Translations under genes and position numbers: made by a program | Assembly (NCBI GenBank): GCA_010909165.1 | Contig: VJWM01000282.1 | Span: forward strand, 1 to 64,000 | Origin: Anthoceros angustus | Lineage: Eukaryota; Plantae; Anthocerotophyta | Length of the DNA stretch: 64,000 nucleotides | Direction of reading: 5' to 3' | Shown here: positions 1 to 12,249 of the stretch, piece after piece | Layout of the letters: every line of letters begins with the position of its first letter | Position numbering within the stretch: position 1 is the stretch's first letter | Notes under the pieces: model-generated | Database searches by the model: none | What the model saw: the letters and a program-made list of their open reading frames with translations, nothing else | Told to the model about the DNA's origin: nothing

Positions 1-7
1 GGATGAT

Positions 8-1968
8 TTGGAACTAGCTGCTCCTCTGCTTGTTGTCAATCCACAAGCTCAGGCTCCACCTGTAGGCCTCAATCCAGCTCCGGTCAACCCTGTTTTTGCC
101 ATTCCACCCTTGCCAGAAGACGAGGAGGTAATTCCAGATGCAGAGGGGGTGCCTGACCTAGATGTTGCAGATGTTGCTGACCCTGACTTAGGTCAGCCTG
201 TTCACCTAGCTCAGCCTGATCCCCTTGATCCTGACTATGAGCCTGAACAGCAGCTTGCTGAACCTGAACCAGATTTTGTTCCTAGGCGATCCAGCAGACA
301 TAGGCCACCACCTGCAGAATGGAGAGAACCTCGATATCAGTCTGTGGACTTTAGAACCCACCTTGTTCCAAGCCTTGCTGTTAGCACAGTTCTGCCAGAC
401 GAACCTACCAGCTTGTCTCAAGCTTTCAATGGCCCTGAACATGTGCAGTGGAAGGCCGATGTGGAGGATGAGTACCAGTCCCTCGTTAAGAACAAGACCT
501 GGGTGCTTGCGGATCTTCCACCAGGGCGCAAGGCTATATCCTGCAAATGGGTCTTTAAATTAAAACTCAATGCAAAAGGAGAAGTTGCCAGGTTTAAGGC
601 ACGCCTTGTGGCCAGGGGATTTACGCAAGTGGAAGGCCTAGACTACCAGGAAACATTCTCACCTGTAGTTCGCAGCCAGTCCATTAGGCTGATCCTAGCC
701 TATGCAACAGAGTTCGACCTTGATCTCCAGCAGATGGACGTCTGCATGGCGTTCTTGTATGGAGCTCTCGATGAGGAGCTGTATATGCTCCAACTAGAGG
801 CTTATGAGGACCCTACACATCCCAACAAGGTATTGAAACTCCTGAAGTGCATTTACGGCCTGAAGCAAAGCGGAAGGGTTTGGTATATTACAATGCATTT
901 GTACCTGCTCAGCATCGACTTTGTTCAAAACACTGCTGACACAAATGTGTATAAGCTTACCCAAGGGCCCTCCATTGTCCTTCTGGCGCTGTACGTGGAT
1001 GATGTGATCCTCGCAACCAATGATCAAGCACTGCTGTCAGTAGTCAAGCAAAAGCTTCACAACAGGTTTCACATGAAGGACATTCGGGAGCTGAAATTCT
1101 GTCTGGGTATACAACTGTTTCGAGTTAGGGATGCGGGCCTGATGTACATACACCAGTATAAGTACATCAACGAAATTCTTAAGAAGTTCAACCTTGATCA
1201 AGCTCGGCCAGCAACTACCCCTTATGCAACAGGTACCAAGCTCCTACGCTCACAGTGCCCACAGTCAGCAGATGAGATCAAAGATATGGCTGACGTACCT
1301 TATAGGCATCCAGAGGCAACCTCCTTTTATGTGAATTGGACCGGGCCGTATTGATCTGCGGTCGATCTTGCCTCACGATTTCTTGAGAACCCCGGAAGAG
1401 TGCATTGGACAGCTGTCAAGAGGATCTTCCGTTACCTCAAAGGCACCCGCACCTATGGCCTTATGTACAAGCGTAGTGGTGCCTCGCGGTGATCTGGTTT
1501 CCTTGGCGATTGGGGCTCACTCGACTCGGGAGGAGCTTATCGACATATTGCTTCCTCCTTAGCTCAGCTGTTGTCAACTGGAGCAGTAAAAAACAGCCCT
1601 CTATTGCCCTCAGCTCTACAGAGGCTGAGTATAAATCTATGACTGAAGCCTCCAAGGAAGCTGAATGGGCACGTGGTTTCCTTGCTTCCCTTGGACAGGT
1701 CCAACAGCAGCCGACTCTGATCCTCTGCGATAACACCGGAGCCCTCGAGTTAGTTGCCAAGCCCACCTTTCATGCTAGGACGAAACATATTGAAATTCAG
1801 CATCACTATATACGAGATGTTGTTGCTCGGGGCGTGATCAAGGTGGATTACATTGGGACTGATGAGAACACGGCCGATATCCTCACGAAAGGCCTACCCA
1901 AGCACAAACATTACGTTCACATGCAAGGGCTAGGGCTACATGACTTTTCAGCGTCTTTTGAACAGTGA
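8..1968 (+). pseudogene. Copia pol: RT + RNase H, frameshifted near 1310-1490
   Basis: ORFs 8..1354 and 1489..1968 with canonical Copia RT/RH motifs. Confidence 0.9.
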
Positions 1969-2181
1969 GCTGCAGACTTATCTAGTGAGAAAAGGGGGGG
2001 TGGAAGCCCTGCTTCCTGGTTGTGATGTTTGCAGTTCTCAGCCAGACACCTGCAGCACAGAGCACACGCTGAAGTCAGTGTTTTTAGGCACCTACGTAAC
2101 ACACATGAGCTGTAAGGAGGATGAAGCTTCACGCTTACCTAATCTCCTGTCCAGCTCTAGTCGAACCCGACCTCTTTCAGC

Positions 2182-2553
2182 TTATGCAGCAACGATGGTG
2201 TTTTCTAGCTGCTGCACAAGCCCCTGCCTACTCTCTTCAGTCTCCTCAGGGCTTGGAGACTTGGTTTCTCTTGCGTCCCTCTTCCTTACTTTTCCCACAA
2301 TCAGGGACACATTCAGCTCACAGTGGTAGTTTCCTAGGCGCACATACTGTCCCACAATATGCTTCCTATCCCACTCCCAGCCTCTTATGACCTCCTCCTT
2401 ATCCAGAGGCACCTCCTCTTCTGAGGAAGCCTCCGTGCTTGAGGTTGTAGGCTGTGGGCTAGGTGCCCGTTGCTGTGGACTAGCTGCTCGCTGTCTCCTT
2501 CTTTTCTTCGAGGAAGGACGAGCCTGATGCTCCTTGCCGATGCGAGTTCTCAT
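2182..2553 (-). CDS. Antisense accessory ORF of Copia-1 (MRTRIGK...WEWDRKHIVGQYVRLGNYHCELNVSL...)
   Basis: ATG at 2553 inside ORF 2182..2709; protein similarity to the antisense frame 6128-6514 of Copia-2. Confidence 0.6.
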   Translation of the reverse strand: MRTRIGKEHQARPSSKKRRRQRAASPQQRAPSPQPTTSSTEASSEEEVPLDKEEVIRGWEWDRKHIVGQYVRLGNYHCELNVSLIVGKVRKRDARETKSPSPEETEESRQGLVQQLENTIVAA

Positions 2554-2817
2554 GATGGCCAGGCGTAGCAGGTGGATCAGCAGGAACATGACCAGCTCGA
2601 CTGCTGCAGCTGTGGGAGCAAGATTGGTTGTCATCTTGCTCGCCGTCTCCTTATTACGCCTCCCCGGCTCTGTCCTGCAGAATTCGAAGGGGCATGCTGC
2701 CGCCAACATCGCGTGAGGCCGAGCGTGATGATGTTTTCGCCCGTCTTTACGCTTGTCCTTCAGTCTCCGTGCAAGCCAGCTGAAGCCGCGACGACACGGC
2801 TAAGGCTAAGAGGGGGG

Positions 2818-2996
2818 TGTTAAGGGAATTAACCTTAGCCTAAGTTAGGGTTAGTATGTTTATGGGTTATTTATATGTGAGTTAGGTTAAGTAGTGAACC
2901 GTTATTTATTGATTATGTATTTAAGACCTTTTTGACACATCAATTATTATTCTTGTTTTCAATGTTCTGCTCTCTCGTCCACCACTCGTTCCTTCA
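2818..2996 (+). repeat. Putative 3' LTR of Copia-1 (~180 bp)
   Basis: Starts TGTTAAGG directly after the PPT and ends CCTTCA; AT-rich; partner LTR is outside the window. Confidence 0.6.
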
Positions 2997-3000
2997 TAGG

Positions 3001-4670
3001 TTGCGAAAGTGAGGCCTCCCTTGTGGCCTCATGAGATTAGGCTCCGGTGACAAACTGGCGGTGAGGCGGACCCGGCAAGCCGGACGCGCTCGGCTCCGGA
3101 GCACCTATGGCGAAGGGAGTATCGGGTGCTCCGGGCGCATGTGGAAGAGGCAATCTAGCAAATTGACTCGGATTTTGCCTACTACCACGCTGAGCTTCTC
3201 AAGGCGTTGGAGGCTTCTCAGCGCCCGCTACAACTGGACGGACCTCCGGAAGGGTCAGAAGGAGTGGAAGGGGAAGAAAGGCATGGGGACAGCACTTGGG
3301 CCTTGGTGGCCTTGTTTGGTGACGACGGCAGCGGAGGAGAGGAGCCCCAGGAGGAGCATGATGCGGCCAACGTAACTGACCTTGAGGTAAGCCAGCCGCA
3401 ACCCGCCAGGAAGGATAGGAGCGAGGACCCCGAAAGGGGTGGGGAAGGAGGAAACCAACCGGACCCAAGCCAGGAAGGGGGGCCGGTGAGTGAGGATGGG
3501 CCCCCAACAGTCGAGGGTCCGGTGGTCGGGGGTCCGGGTCTTGAGGACCGGACCCTGGTAATAAGGTCGGACCTTGAGGTCCGAACCCCAGAGACAAGAC
3601 CGGACCCTGAGGTCCGGACTCTGGGAATAAGGCCGACTCCTGAAGATCGGACCCCGGAGTCGAGACCGGACCCCAAGGTCCGGACTCAGGAGGAGAGAGG
3701 GAGTCACCCCCGACGTGCTCAGGAGGAGCAGTCAACCGGTGGTCCTACAGGGTGGGGACCCACTCGAGGGCCAGGAGAGGAGGATGTGGTGGTTACTGCG
3801 GTTGTCGACCGGTAGATTTAACGATGTGGTCTCGGGAAGGGGAAGGGGACCGGCCTCACGGATCATCCGATTGCGCCGCTGAATCGCGGGAGTAGGGTCA
3901 TCATACCGGCGGAACCAATGGCATCCCAGGCCCACCATGGCAGCGGAGATAGGTGGGGAAGTAAGATGGTAGGCGGCCGATTAGGGCACGGCGGCCACCA
4001 TAGGAGTAATAAAGCGCGACCTTGGGCGTAGTATAAGAGGGGTCAGCGCTCTAGTAAAGTATCTTTCTCTTGGTGTGGATTGGCGTTTTCTTACGAGACC
4101 CTTGTCGTCTTCTTGCTAACGTGAGTCTGAGTCATCGAGGTGCACGGCCTCCCGGAGGCGATCGAGGTCATGGTGTCGGACCCTAACGTGTGGTGGTGTG
4201 TGCAGGGACGAACGATCGGAGACCCTTGCTCGTCCAGAGCAGCGAGCCGACGTTGGGCGGACCGGAACGTGTGAACCAGAGGAACTCCGGGAGGGCGTGC
4301 AGAGCCCGGACGGAGAGGCCCGGTGAACGACGGAGGAGGTCCGGACCACGCAGCCCATCCGCTTTTTTCCCAAGAACGATGAGTGTAGCGAGAGTGGTAG
4401 GAGGGACAAACTAGAAGAACGAGGGACGGACTGGAATGATACGGACGCGAACGAGTCCTTAAACGTTTGGCCACGCCGAGCCTATTCGGTGGACGTTACG
4501 GGTAGTTAGTCGTAAAACGATAAACGTGTGTGCTTGAGTGCAAGCAGTCACGCGTGGGGTGAAAGCGATTGAAAGCGGCAAGCAGACCTATCATTCTCTT
4601 GGGAGGCGGACTCCTTACTACAGCGACAAAGGGATTGTCTTGGCCGGGCTGTCAGAAAAGTCCCGCCACA
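3001..4670 (+). mobile_element. GC-rich, probably non-autonomous LTR-element fragment with a low-complexity ORF (3207..3815)
   Basis: Abrupt composition change at both ends; purine tract ~3945-3960 followed by TATA-like AGTATAAG ~4030; no recognisable domain. Confidence 0.3.
3543..3686 (+). repeat. 33-bp minisatellite (~4.4 units, alternating 66-bp higher order), encodes EVRTPETRPDP-like repeats
   Basis: Units start at 3543, 3576, 3609, 3642 and 3675. Confidence 0.75.
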
Positions 4671-5689
4671 CCGGCTTGGATTTGAAAGAGATTGGTGAGC
4701 CGCGATTGTGCCAAGGGTGCTTGATGGGAAAGCTTCACCGAACCAAGTTCCCAAGGATTGGAGCACGTCGAGCGGCAAAGGAGTTGGAGCTTGTACACAC
4801 CAATGTGTGTGGACCAATGAAGAACCCTGCCCATGGAGGAGCCCACTACATTCTAGTGTTTGTGGATGACTTCACAAGGAGGAGTTGGACATATCTTTTA
4901 AAGGAGAAGTCTGAAGTGTTCAAGATATTCAAGGAGTGGAAAGCCTTGGTGGAGAACGAAAGTGGAGAATGCCTCAAGACACTTAGGAGTGACAATGGAG
5001 GAGAATACATCTCTTCTCAATTCAAAAACTTTTGCAAGGAGTATGGCATTCGGAGGCGACTAACAATTCCTCACACACCGGAGCAAAATGGAGTGGCGGA
5101 GTGCAAGCTAAGGAGCCTAGTGGAGGCGGCCAAGTGCATGCTCCATCAAAGTGGGTTGGAGGTACGTTTTTGGGGAGAGGCTCTTGCTACAGCAATTCAT
5201 GTTTTGAATAGAGTTCCAACCAAGCCTGTACCTAGAATGACCCCAGAGGAGGCATAGTCAAGTGTCAAACCTAACGTGAGTCATTTTAGGACCTTTGGTT
5301 CTGAGGTTTATGCTGATGTTCCAAAGCAAAACCGAACCAAGTGGGATCCGAAAGGCATCCAGTGCATCATGCTTGGGTACTCCGATGAGGTAAAGGGGTA
5401 TAGATTATACGACCCTACAACCAAGAAAATCATTTTCAGTAGGGATGTTGTTTTTCATGAGGTTGTGGAACCTAACAAAGGAGTGGGAGCAACACAAGTT
5501 GTCATTAAGAAGTTGAAGGAGCGTGAAGAAGCACAAGACTTGGTTCTTGAGCAACCTACTCTTGAGCATGCTCAACCTGTCCCTGAGCATGAGCAACCTC
5601 TACCACAAGGTGATGTAGAAGGTGGAGAAGCCCCGGATATCGAGGATATATGAAGAGGAGCGAGATCGAAGAATCCAAGAGGAGCCGCC
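4671..5689 (+). mobile_element. Older Copia fragment (integrase) interrupted by Copia-2; resumes at 12250-~12350
   Basis: CQGC..GK zinc motif, VFVDDFTR, LRSDNGGEY, PEQNGVAE, GYRLYDP. The reading continues across the CCGCC TSD into ...EPPTQIRRSSR... Confidence 0.85.
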
Positions 5690-5869
5690 TAACACGAGAG
5701 TGATGTATTTGTGCACACACAAATATATGCTCTTATAGTTGAATAATTAGAAGAATGATTTTTCAAAAGTACAAAAGTGTTTTTATACTAAACCCTAATA
5801 CAAAAAGTCATCTGGATATGTAATGCTTAAACATACCTAAACTACGTTGAAGGTTTACTAACCCTAACA
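5690..5869 (-). repeat. Copia-2 3' LTR (TG...TA termini on element strand)
   Basis: Direct repeat of 12070-12249. Confidence 0.95.
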
Positions 5870-6127
5870 CTCCCTCTTAAACGAGACTAGTTTAACTGAA
5901 CAACACTGTATGTTACGCTTAAACCCTGTACCCGTTCCAAGTGACGCCATCGTACATCTGTATCATCTTGGCGGTGGGGCATAGCCATCATCATACAAAA
6001 CACAGGCTCCACGCCCCAGCCCGAGAGTAAAGACTAAACGCTTCAGCTTAAGATGACGAACCTGGCGGTAGCAATGGCATTGTTCCAGCTTTACGTTTTC
6101 TGCATCCTCAATCTGTTGATTGTCATT

Positions 6128-6514
6128 ATGAGGACAAGAAGCGGGAAACTATACACAGCTAGCGCACCAATGGGGAGTAGAAGGAGGATCAGAGCAGCTG
6201 CGAATAGCAGACGGGAAACCAGATCCGCATAGATTCCACAAACAGCTGAGACAGAAGATTGGGACGAGAGACACTGCGTTGGTGCTACAGTGCGCCTAGG
6301 AGGCTGCAGGGTCTCTCTCAACATCAGCCTCAGTTGGAGGAAATTAGGTCCGAATGCTCCCTCTGCCAGCAATACCCAGTCTCCCGACTGGGACATCTCA
6401 GAGGAAACAACCCTGGTTCGTCCTCTCAGGGAAACCATCGTATTGATGGATCGCCTGAAGAGTGCATATCACTTGGAGGTAGATGCAGTCAAGAAGGAGG
6501 ACTCGGAGGGATAA
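6128..6514 (+). pseudogene. Antisense accessory ORF of Copia-2 (one in-frame TAG at 6230-6232)
   Basis: MRTRSGK...*IPQTAETEDWDERHCVGATVRLGGCRVSLNISL...LVRPLRETIV; in frame with listed ORF 6290..6514; similar to 2182-2553. Confidence 0.6.
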
Positions 6515-6708
6515 CGAACAACAGGTGATTGGGTTTGCAGGAAGCTTCATCCACCTGTGCCCATTAGCTGTTTCATGTTGTTACTAAGCACACGTTTGTA
6601 TGTGACAGGTAGTAGCCTCGCTGGTGAGAGAGGCACATCTCAGAATTCGGAATTCCAACTAGGGAGCTTTTTCCCCCCACCCCCCCAACATCAGATAAGT
6701 CTAGGAGA

Positions 6709-9700
6709 CTATCCTGTTTTTGGGTCGAAGTATGCTGAGAAGTCGACCAACCCAAGGCCTGCCATATGAAAATAGTGCTTGTGTTTGGACAAAGCTTTAG
6801 TCAAGATGTCTGCAGTATTTTCTTCTGTAGGAACATAGGCAACTTTCACTGCTCCTTTAGCAACCACATCACGGATATAGTGATGATGTATTTCAATGTG
6901 TTTTGTCCTTGCATGGAACCTTGAGTTACCAACAAGGTCCGATCTTTGAAATATTATCACCTTTGTATTGTCGTGGGTTCTTGCTGATTGGCGGCGAGGA
7001 AAGCGTTCCCATTCTACCTCCTTCGAGGCCTCAGTAAGACTCTTATACTCGGCTTCAGTGGATGATAATGCTACCGTAGTTTGTTTCTTGCTGCTCCAGT
7101 TGACAGTAGCGGAAGACAGCAAAAAACAATAGGTGGAAAGACTTTTCCTGGAGTCTCCATTTGATGCCCAGTCTGCATCAGTATATCCAGTAAGGGTAAG
7201 TGTGCCCGTCTTACTACTTCTGTACTGTAGCCCGTAAAATTGGGTGCCCTTTAGGTAGCGAAATACTTGCTTTACGGCTACCCAATGTGTCATACCAGGC
7301 TTCTCCAGGAACTGGGAAAGCGTGCTTACAATGAAGGCTATATCTGGTCTAGTCCAGTTAGCGATAAATAGCAGGCTTCCTACGGCATATGCATGGGTAT
7401 GCCGACTCTTCTGTTCTTCAGTCGATGGGCATTGTAAACTGGTTAGTTGAAGACCGATTCTTTGCGAGTCGTGGTAGTCGGGCTTGGTCCAATTTGAACT
7501 TGACTAACAATTGTTGGATATACTTGTACTGGTGTATAATTAGAAGGCCCTCTTCTCGAACACGAAGAAGCTGTATCCCCAGACAGAACTTGAGTTCACC
7601 TATGTCCTTCATGTCATACTTAGTGTTGAGCATGTTCTTTACTTCTATAAGCAAACTGCTGTCATTTGTGGCAAGTATAAGATCATCTACGTACAAGGCC
7701 AGAATAACAAACCTGTGGTCTTGTGTGAGTCTATATACATTGCTGTCGGCTGCACTTTGCTCGAAAGACTGCGATAGCTATTCATGTGTATTGAGATACT
7801 ATATTCGACCACTCTGCTTAAGCCCATAGATGGTTTTAAGCAACTGACAAACTTGATTCGGATGTGCAGGATCTATGTACCCTTCAGGTTGTGACATATA
7901 TAGCTCCTCGTCGAGTGTGCCATACAAGAAGGTCGTATTCACATCCATTTGCTGGAGTTCCAAGTTGAGTTCTGCAGCGAGAGCAAAAATCATCCGAATG
8001 GACTGTGACCTGACTACTGGTGAGAAAGTCTCATGATAGTCAAGTCCTTCTATTTGAGCGAACCCTCTAGCAACAAGTCTAGCTTTATATCTAGCTACTT
8101 CACCTTTAGCGTTTAACTTGAGTTTAAATACCCATTTGCAGGAAATGGGTTTACGTCCAGATGGCAAATCTACGAGTTTCCATGTCCCATTTTTAACCAG
8201 AGAGTTAAACTCATCATCAGATGCCATTTTCCATTTGTCACATTCAGGTCCATTAAAAGCTGCTGAAAGTGATTGTGGTTCCAAGTGTACAGTCATAGAT
8301 GCAGACTTAACGACCTCTGCATATGATGTTCGAAAGTCGATAGATTCATAACGAGGTTCGTGCCATTGTTCAGGTGGAGCTTGATATCTAGTAGACCGTC
8401 TCAGAGGTGGTTCAGGATCAGCCTCATCTGCAATAGCCGGAATCTGTGGTCCAGGAGGCAAGACTTCCTGTATAGGAATTCCAGCAGGCTCAGTTGCGTC
8501 TGAAGGTTCAGGAAGATCCTCTGGTTCAGGAGGGGCCTCAACGTCAGCCTCGGGGACAATGTCATCCGGAAACTGTATATCAGAAGTTTCAGCGTCATCT
8601 TCAGATTGAGATAAGGCTCCCTCTACTTCTGAATGCCCTCCCACTGTTTCTGGAAGAGATTGTAATCGAGGAGAGAGGGGTTCAATAAAGGTGACGGAGC
8701 GAGATAACGTTGCTTGTTGGGTAACAGGGTCATACAATTTAGAGGCCTTGGATACATCACTGTAACCAACAAATATAAGGGCTTGAGCTCGAGAGTCCAG
8801 TTTTCTCCGTTTTTCTTTGGGGATATAAGCAAAGGCCTTAGAGCCAAAGACCCGGAGGTGGAGTAAACTGGGCTTCCTTCCCCAAAGTACTTCATAAGGG
8901 GTTAGAGAGGGAATTGAGCTTGTGAATAAGCGGTTTAGGATATATGTTGCTGTGACTAAGGCTTCTGCCCAAAATCGTTGGTTCAAACCAGACCACAAAA
9001 GCATGCTGCGAGTCATAAACAGAAGGGTTTGGTTCTTCCTTTCAGCAACGCCGTTTTGTTGAGGTGTATATGGAATAGTAAGCTGACGTTGTATTCCATG
9101 GACTTGCAGGACGTTATCAAAAGTGCGATTTATAAATTCACCGCCATTATCAGTGCGGAGACATTTGAGCGGTTGGCCTGTTTGCCGTTGGATAGTGGTC
9201 ACCCAGTCCCGAAACAAGTCAAAAGTATCACTTTTATGGTGCATAGGCATTGTCCAGGTGTACTGAGAATAATCATCAGTAAGGCACAGGTAATAAAGTG
9301 CTCCACCAAGGGAAGGTGTGTGTATTTTGCCAGATATATCTGCATGCACTAATTCTAGAATTTCCTTGGCTCTGAGGCAGTGATGAAGCGGATCTTTTAT
9401 ACATTTAACAATACTGAGCTTCACATGATGGAAGATCCTTAACACAACGAGGTAAAGGTTCTTTGTGGCACTCTTGCATTCACATGTCTATTAACTTATG
9501 TCTGTTGACGTGACCCAGGCGAGCATGCCAGAGGAGAGCTAGTCTTTGAGTATTGACAGAAGCTACTCCTATGGAGTGTTTGCTGGTGCATATGTTAAGA
9601 CGATAGAGGTCATTTACGAGAATACCCCTAAAGATGTAATCAGATGGATTGGCTTTTCTAAAGAAAAGACAAGTATCATCAACAGCACTCATGGTAAACT

Positions 9701-11033
9701 GTCTTAGTTGCATAAGTCGGCTCAGAGACATAAGGTTCTTCGCCATTGTGGATACGTATAGCACATCTTCTATAATCAGAAGTGAACCATCATGAAGCAG
9801 AAACTTACAGATACCTTGTCCCTGAATCTGTAGGCTTGTTTTGCTTTGTTCGTCTCCGAGGAGGACCTTGGCTGAAGAAGTATTGTTTTCCATAGAATGG
9901 AATTGATCTCTATCTTTGCATATATGAGATGTGGCACCTGAATCCAGATACCAAATGCCCTCCTTGGAGACTGATCTTGCAAGGCAAACCGTGAGTATCT
10001 TGACAGGAGGTTTGTCAATCGACTGTTTTTCCTTCATCATCATGCTTGTTGTATCCTTGGGAATCTTCTGAGGCTCCCCAGCCTTTTTCTTTCTGCATTC
10101 TTTGGCCCAATGACCTGGAATGCCGCACCAGTTACAGTTCCCTGGTCGTTTAGTAGAGGAAGATGAAATAGGTATGGATCTAGGTCCTACTCCTGATTTC
10201 AAAATTGTCTTCCCTCTAAATGGCTTGTAGTTTGCTGCTAACACTTTTTCTGTCTAGTTCTTATTTTCTTATTTTCTTAATTAGGAACTCCAGAGATAAA
10301 GAGTCGACTCTGTTCTTCCTGGTACAAAGCGCCAATCACCTCTTCAAGGGTGACTGTGCTAGTACTTCCGAGCAATGATCATGCAATTTGAGAAATATTT
10401 GGATACAAAAGATTGGTAGGAGGGAGGTAAACTGGTCAAGAGTTGGGCAACAGCATCCACTTCATCCATCGGTTTTCCAGTCAACGAAGTAAGCTGAGCT
10501 CTCAAATAACAGAACTTGCTGGTATGAGCAGCAATCCTGTCTCCCTCTTTCATTTTCAAAGCATAAAACTCTTGCCTTACAGCACAAAGTGTTAGTATGT
10601 TCTGAACTTGATAGGTTTTATCTAATTGATCCCATATGGCTGATGCCTCTTCTAGGTATTCCACATCCGGAACTAAATCATAGTGGAGACCTCCTACCAA
10701 CAATGCTATGGAGATAGAATTCTGTTGGTCCCACTTATCTATTTCGGCTTGACTGGGTGGAGGTATTGAATTGGGATCTGGTTTTCTGTCTTTGCCGCTT
10801 ACTATGCCCTAGACACCCCTACCTAACAATGTAGACCTCATTCGGACCCGCCACACTTGGTACTTTGTACCATTGAAGCGGTCCTTCTCTTTTAGCTCAA
10901 AAGAGATTGAACGGGTAGCTGCCATTGTTATAGGTTGTGTCTGGATAGGTATTAGCACTGCTTGATTAAGATTCAACTGCTGGAATTGATCTCTTAATGC
11001 ATCAATAGGTGAGGTACTTATGCTAGAGGACAT
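6709..11033 (-). pseudogene. Copia-2 gag-pol polyprotein (stops/frameshifts)
   Basis: gag (FNGTKYQVW; LLTSLPPSY), zinc knuckle CNWCGIPGHWAKEC, protease WYLDSGAT, LWHARLGH, integrase RTDNGGEF, RT YVDD, RH SSTEAEY. Confidence 0.93.
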
Positions 11034-11418
11034 ATAGATCTAACTTAGTTACAGGAGTACCTGGATGAGTGTGCAGGAATCTGACGTTATTAATGCAGGG
11101 GAAGAAATTACAACGAACACAGTGAGTTCTTCCCTAAACATTTTGTTTTCATTAGGGCAGAGGAAGCGAAACCAAAAACAAGGTTAGTTTTTGTCTTCTT
11201 CAGTTTCAAGTTCCAAGGACAGTAAATAACTGTTTTCCTAGTCTTGAAAGGTGAAGAGGTGCATTCTCCATCAAGCTCTGTGAAGAGGTACAGAGAATGT
11301 GAGCAGTCGCCGTCGCGCTTAGGAACCCGCTCGCGAGAAGCCTGGCTGGCAGCGGATCTCGCAGCGCTCCCGAAGGGACGCGACGCCTCAAGTCTCCATG
11401 CTCCCTGTGTAGCGGAAT

Positions 11419-12030
11419 TCAAAAAATACTATGGCCACGGCCAGCGCCCATAGCGGCTGGTGTTGAATGCTGATCTTGTGGTGGGCTCAACTGTAAGGAG
11501 CGAATGAGATCTGTGATGCCCTGTAGGTGAGAGCATATCATTAAATCTCTCTGATGAATTGAAGACTGAAATCTTTGGTATTGATCCTGAATTCTATTCA
11601 CAATATTCCTTTGATCTGTTAAAAGCCGATTGATCCTGTTTTCCAATGCAGGAGCCAAAAGGAAAGGTGGCCTTGAGAGGTCGCTATTAGGCAATCCGGA
11701 ACGTAGATGTTCAAGAATCCACTGGAGATTGAGCTGATTTGTGTTATGCGCCTCAGCCCTGTGAATTGCGCTAGCAACTTCTGCCTCTTATTCAGGGGTT
11801 CTCAATAAATATGAATTTCTTCTATTATTTCGGGAACTCCTTTGGATTGTCTCATGCACTGCTCGTTGATTTCGATCTAGAATAGCCAAACGCTGGAATT
11901 CAGTACAATTGCAGCGCCTTCCTCGTGAACACCGACCTCCACGTCCCCAACGACAGCTGCAAGTTCTGTGTCGTGTTGCACGTCCTCCACGCCCAGTGCG
12001 GAGGAGGCTATCCATTGATCGATCCATCAT
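11419..12030 (-). pseudogene. Extra sense ORF between PBS and gag in Copia-2 (~200 codons, one internal TAA)
   Basis: ORFs 11788..12030 and 11419..11694 are in the same frame; Arg/Gly/Cys-rich N-terminus and coiled-coil-like C-terminus. Confidence 0.4.
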
Positions 12031-12056
12031 TCATTGATCAATCACACGCATCACTA

Positions 12057-12069
12057 GGCTCTGATACCA
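12057..12069 (-). promoter_or_regulatory. Primer-binding site (initiator Met tRNA type)
   Basis: TGGTATCAGAGCC immediately after the 5' LTR. Confidence 0.92.
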
Positions 12070-12249
12070 TAACACGAGAGCGATGTATTTGTGCACACAC
12101 ACATATATGCTCTTATAGTTGAATAATTAGAAGAATGATTTCTCAAAAGTACAAAAGTGTTTTCATACTAAACCCTAATACAAAAAGTCATCTGGATATG
12201 TAATGCTTAAACATACCTAAACTACGTCGAAAGTTTACTAACCCTAACA
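12070..12249 (-). repeat. Copia-2 5' LTR
   Basis: Direct repeat of 5690-5869, adjacent to the PBS. Confidence 0.95.

Larger units (their letters stand above)
1..2996 (+). mobile_element. Ty1/Copia LTR retrotransposon, 3' part (Copia-1)
   Basis: RT motifs (CKWVFKLK, KARLVARGF, YGLKQ, LYVDD) in 8-1354 and RNase H (SSTEAEY, RTKHIEIQHH, ADILTK) in 1489-1968. After an ~850 bp spacer come a PPT (AAGAGGGGGG, 2808-2817) and an AT-rich TG...CA LTR-like block 2818-2996. Confidence 0.9.
5690..12249 (-). mobile_element. Full-length Ty1/Copia element (Copia-2) with 180-bp LTRs and 5-bp TSD CCGCC
   Basis: LTRs 5690-5869 and 12070-12249 differ at 6/180 sites. TSD CCGCC at 5685-5689 and 12250-12254. PBS TGGTATCAGAGCC (12069-12057); PPT AAGAGGGAG (5878-5870). 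Domain order gag-PR-INT-RT-RH. Confidence 0.96.

Noticed and set aside
1988-2002. Purine tract after Copia-1 RNase H as the PPT/LTR start
   Set aside because: The following sequence is the coding-like antisense spacer; the tract at 2808-2817 precedes a better AT-rich TG...CA LTR.
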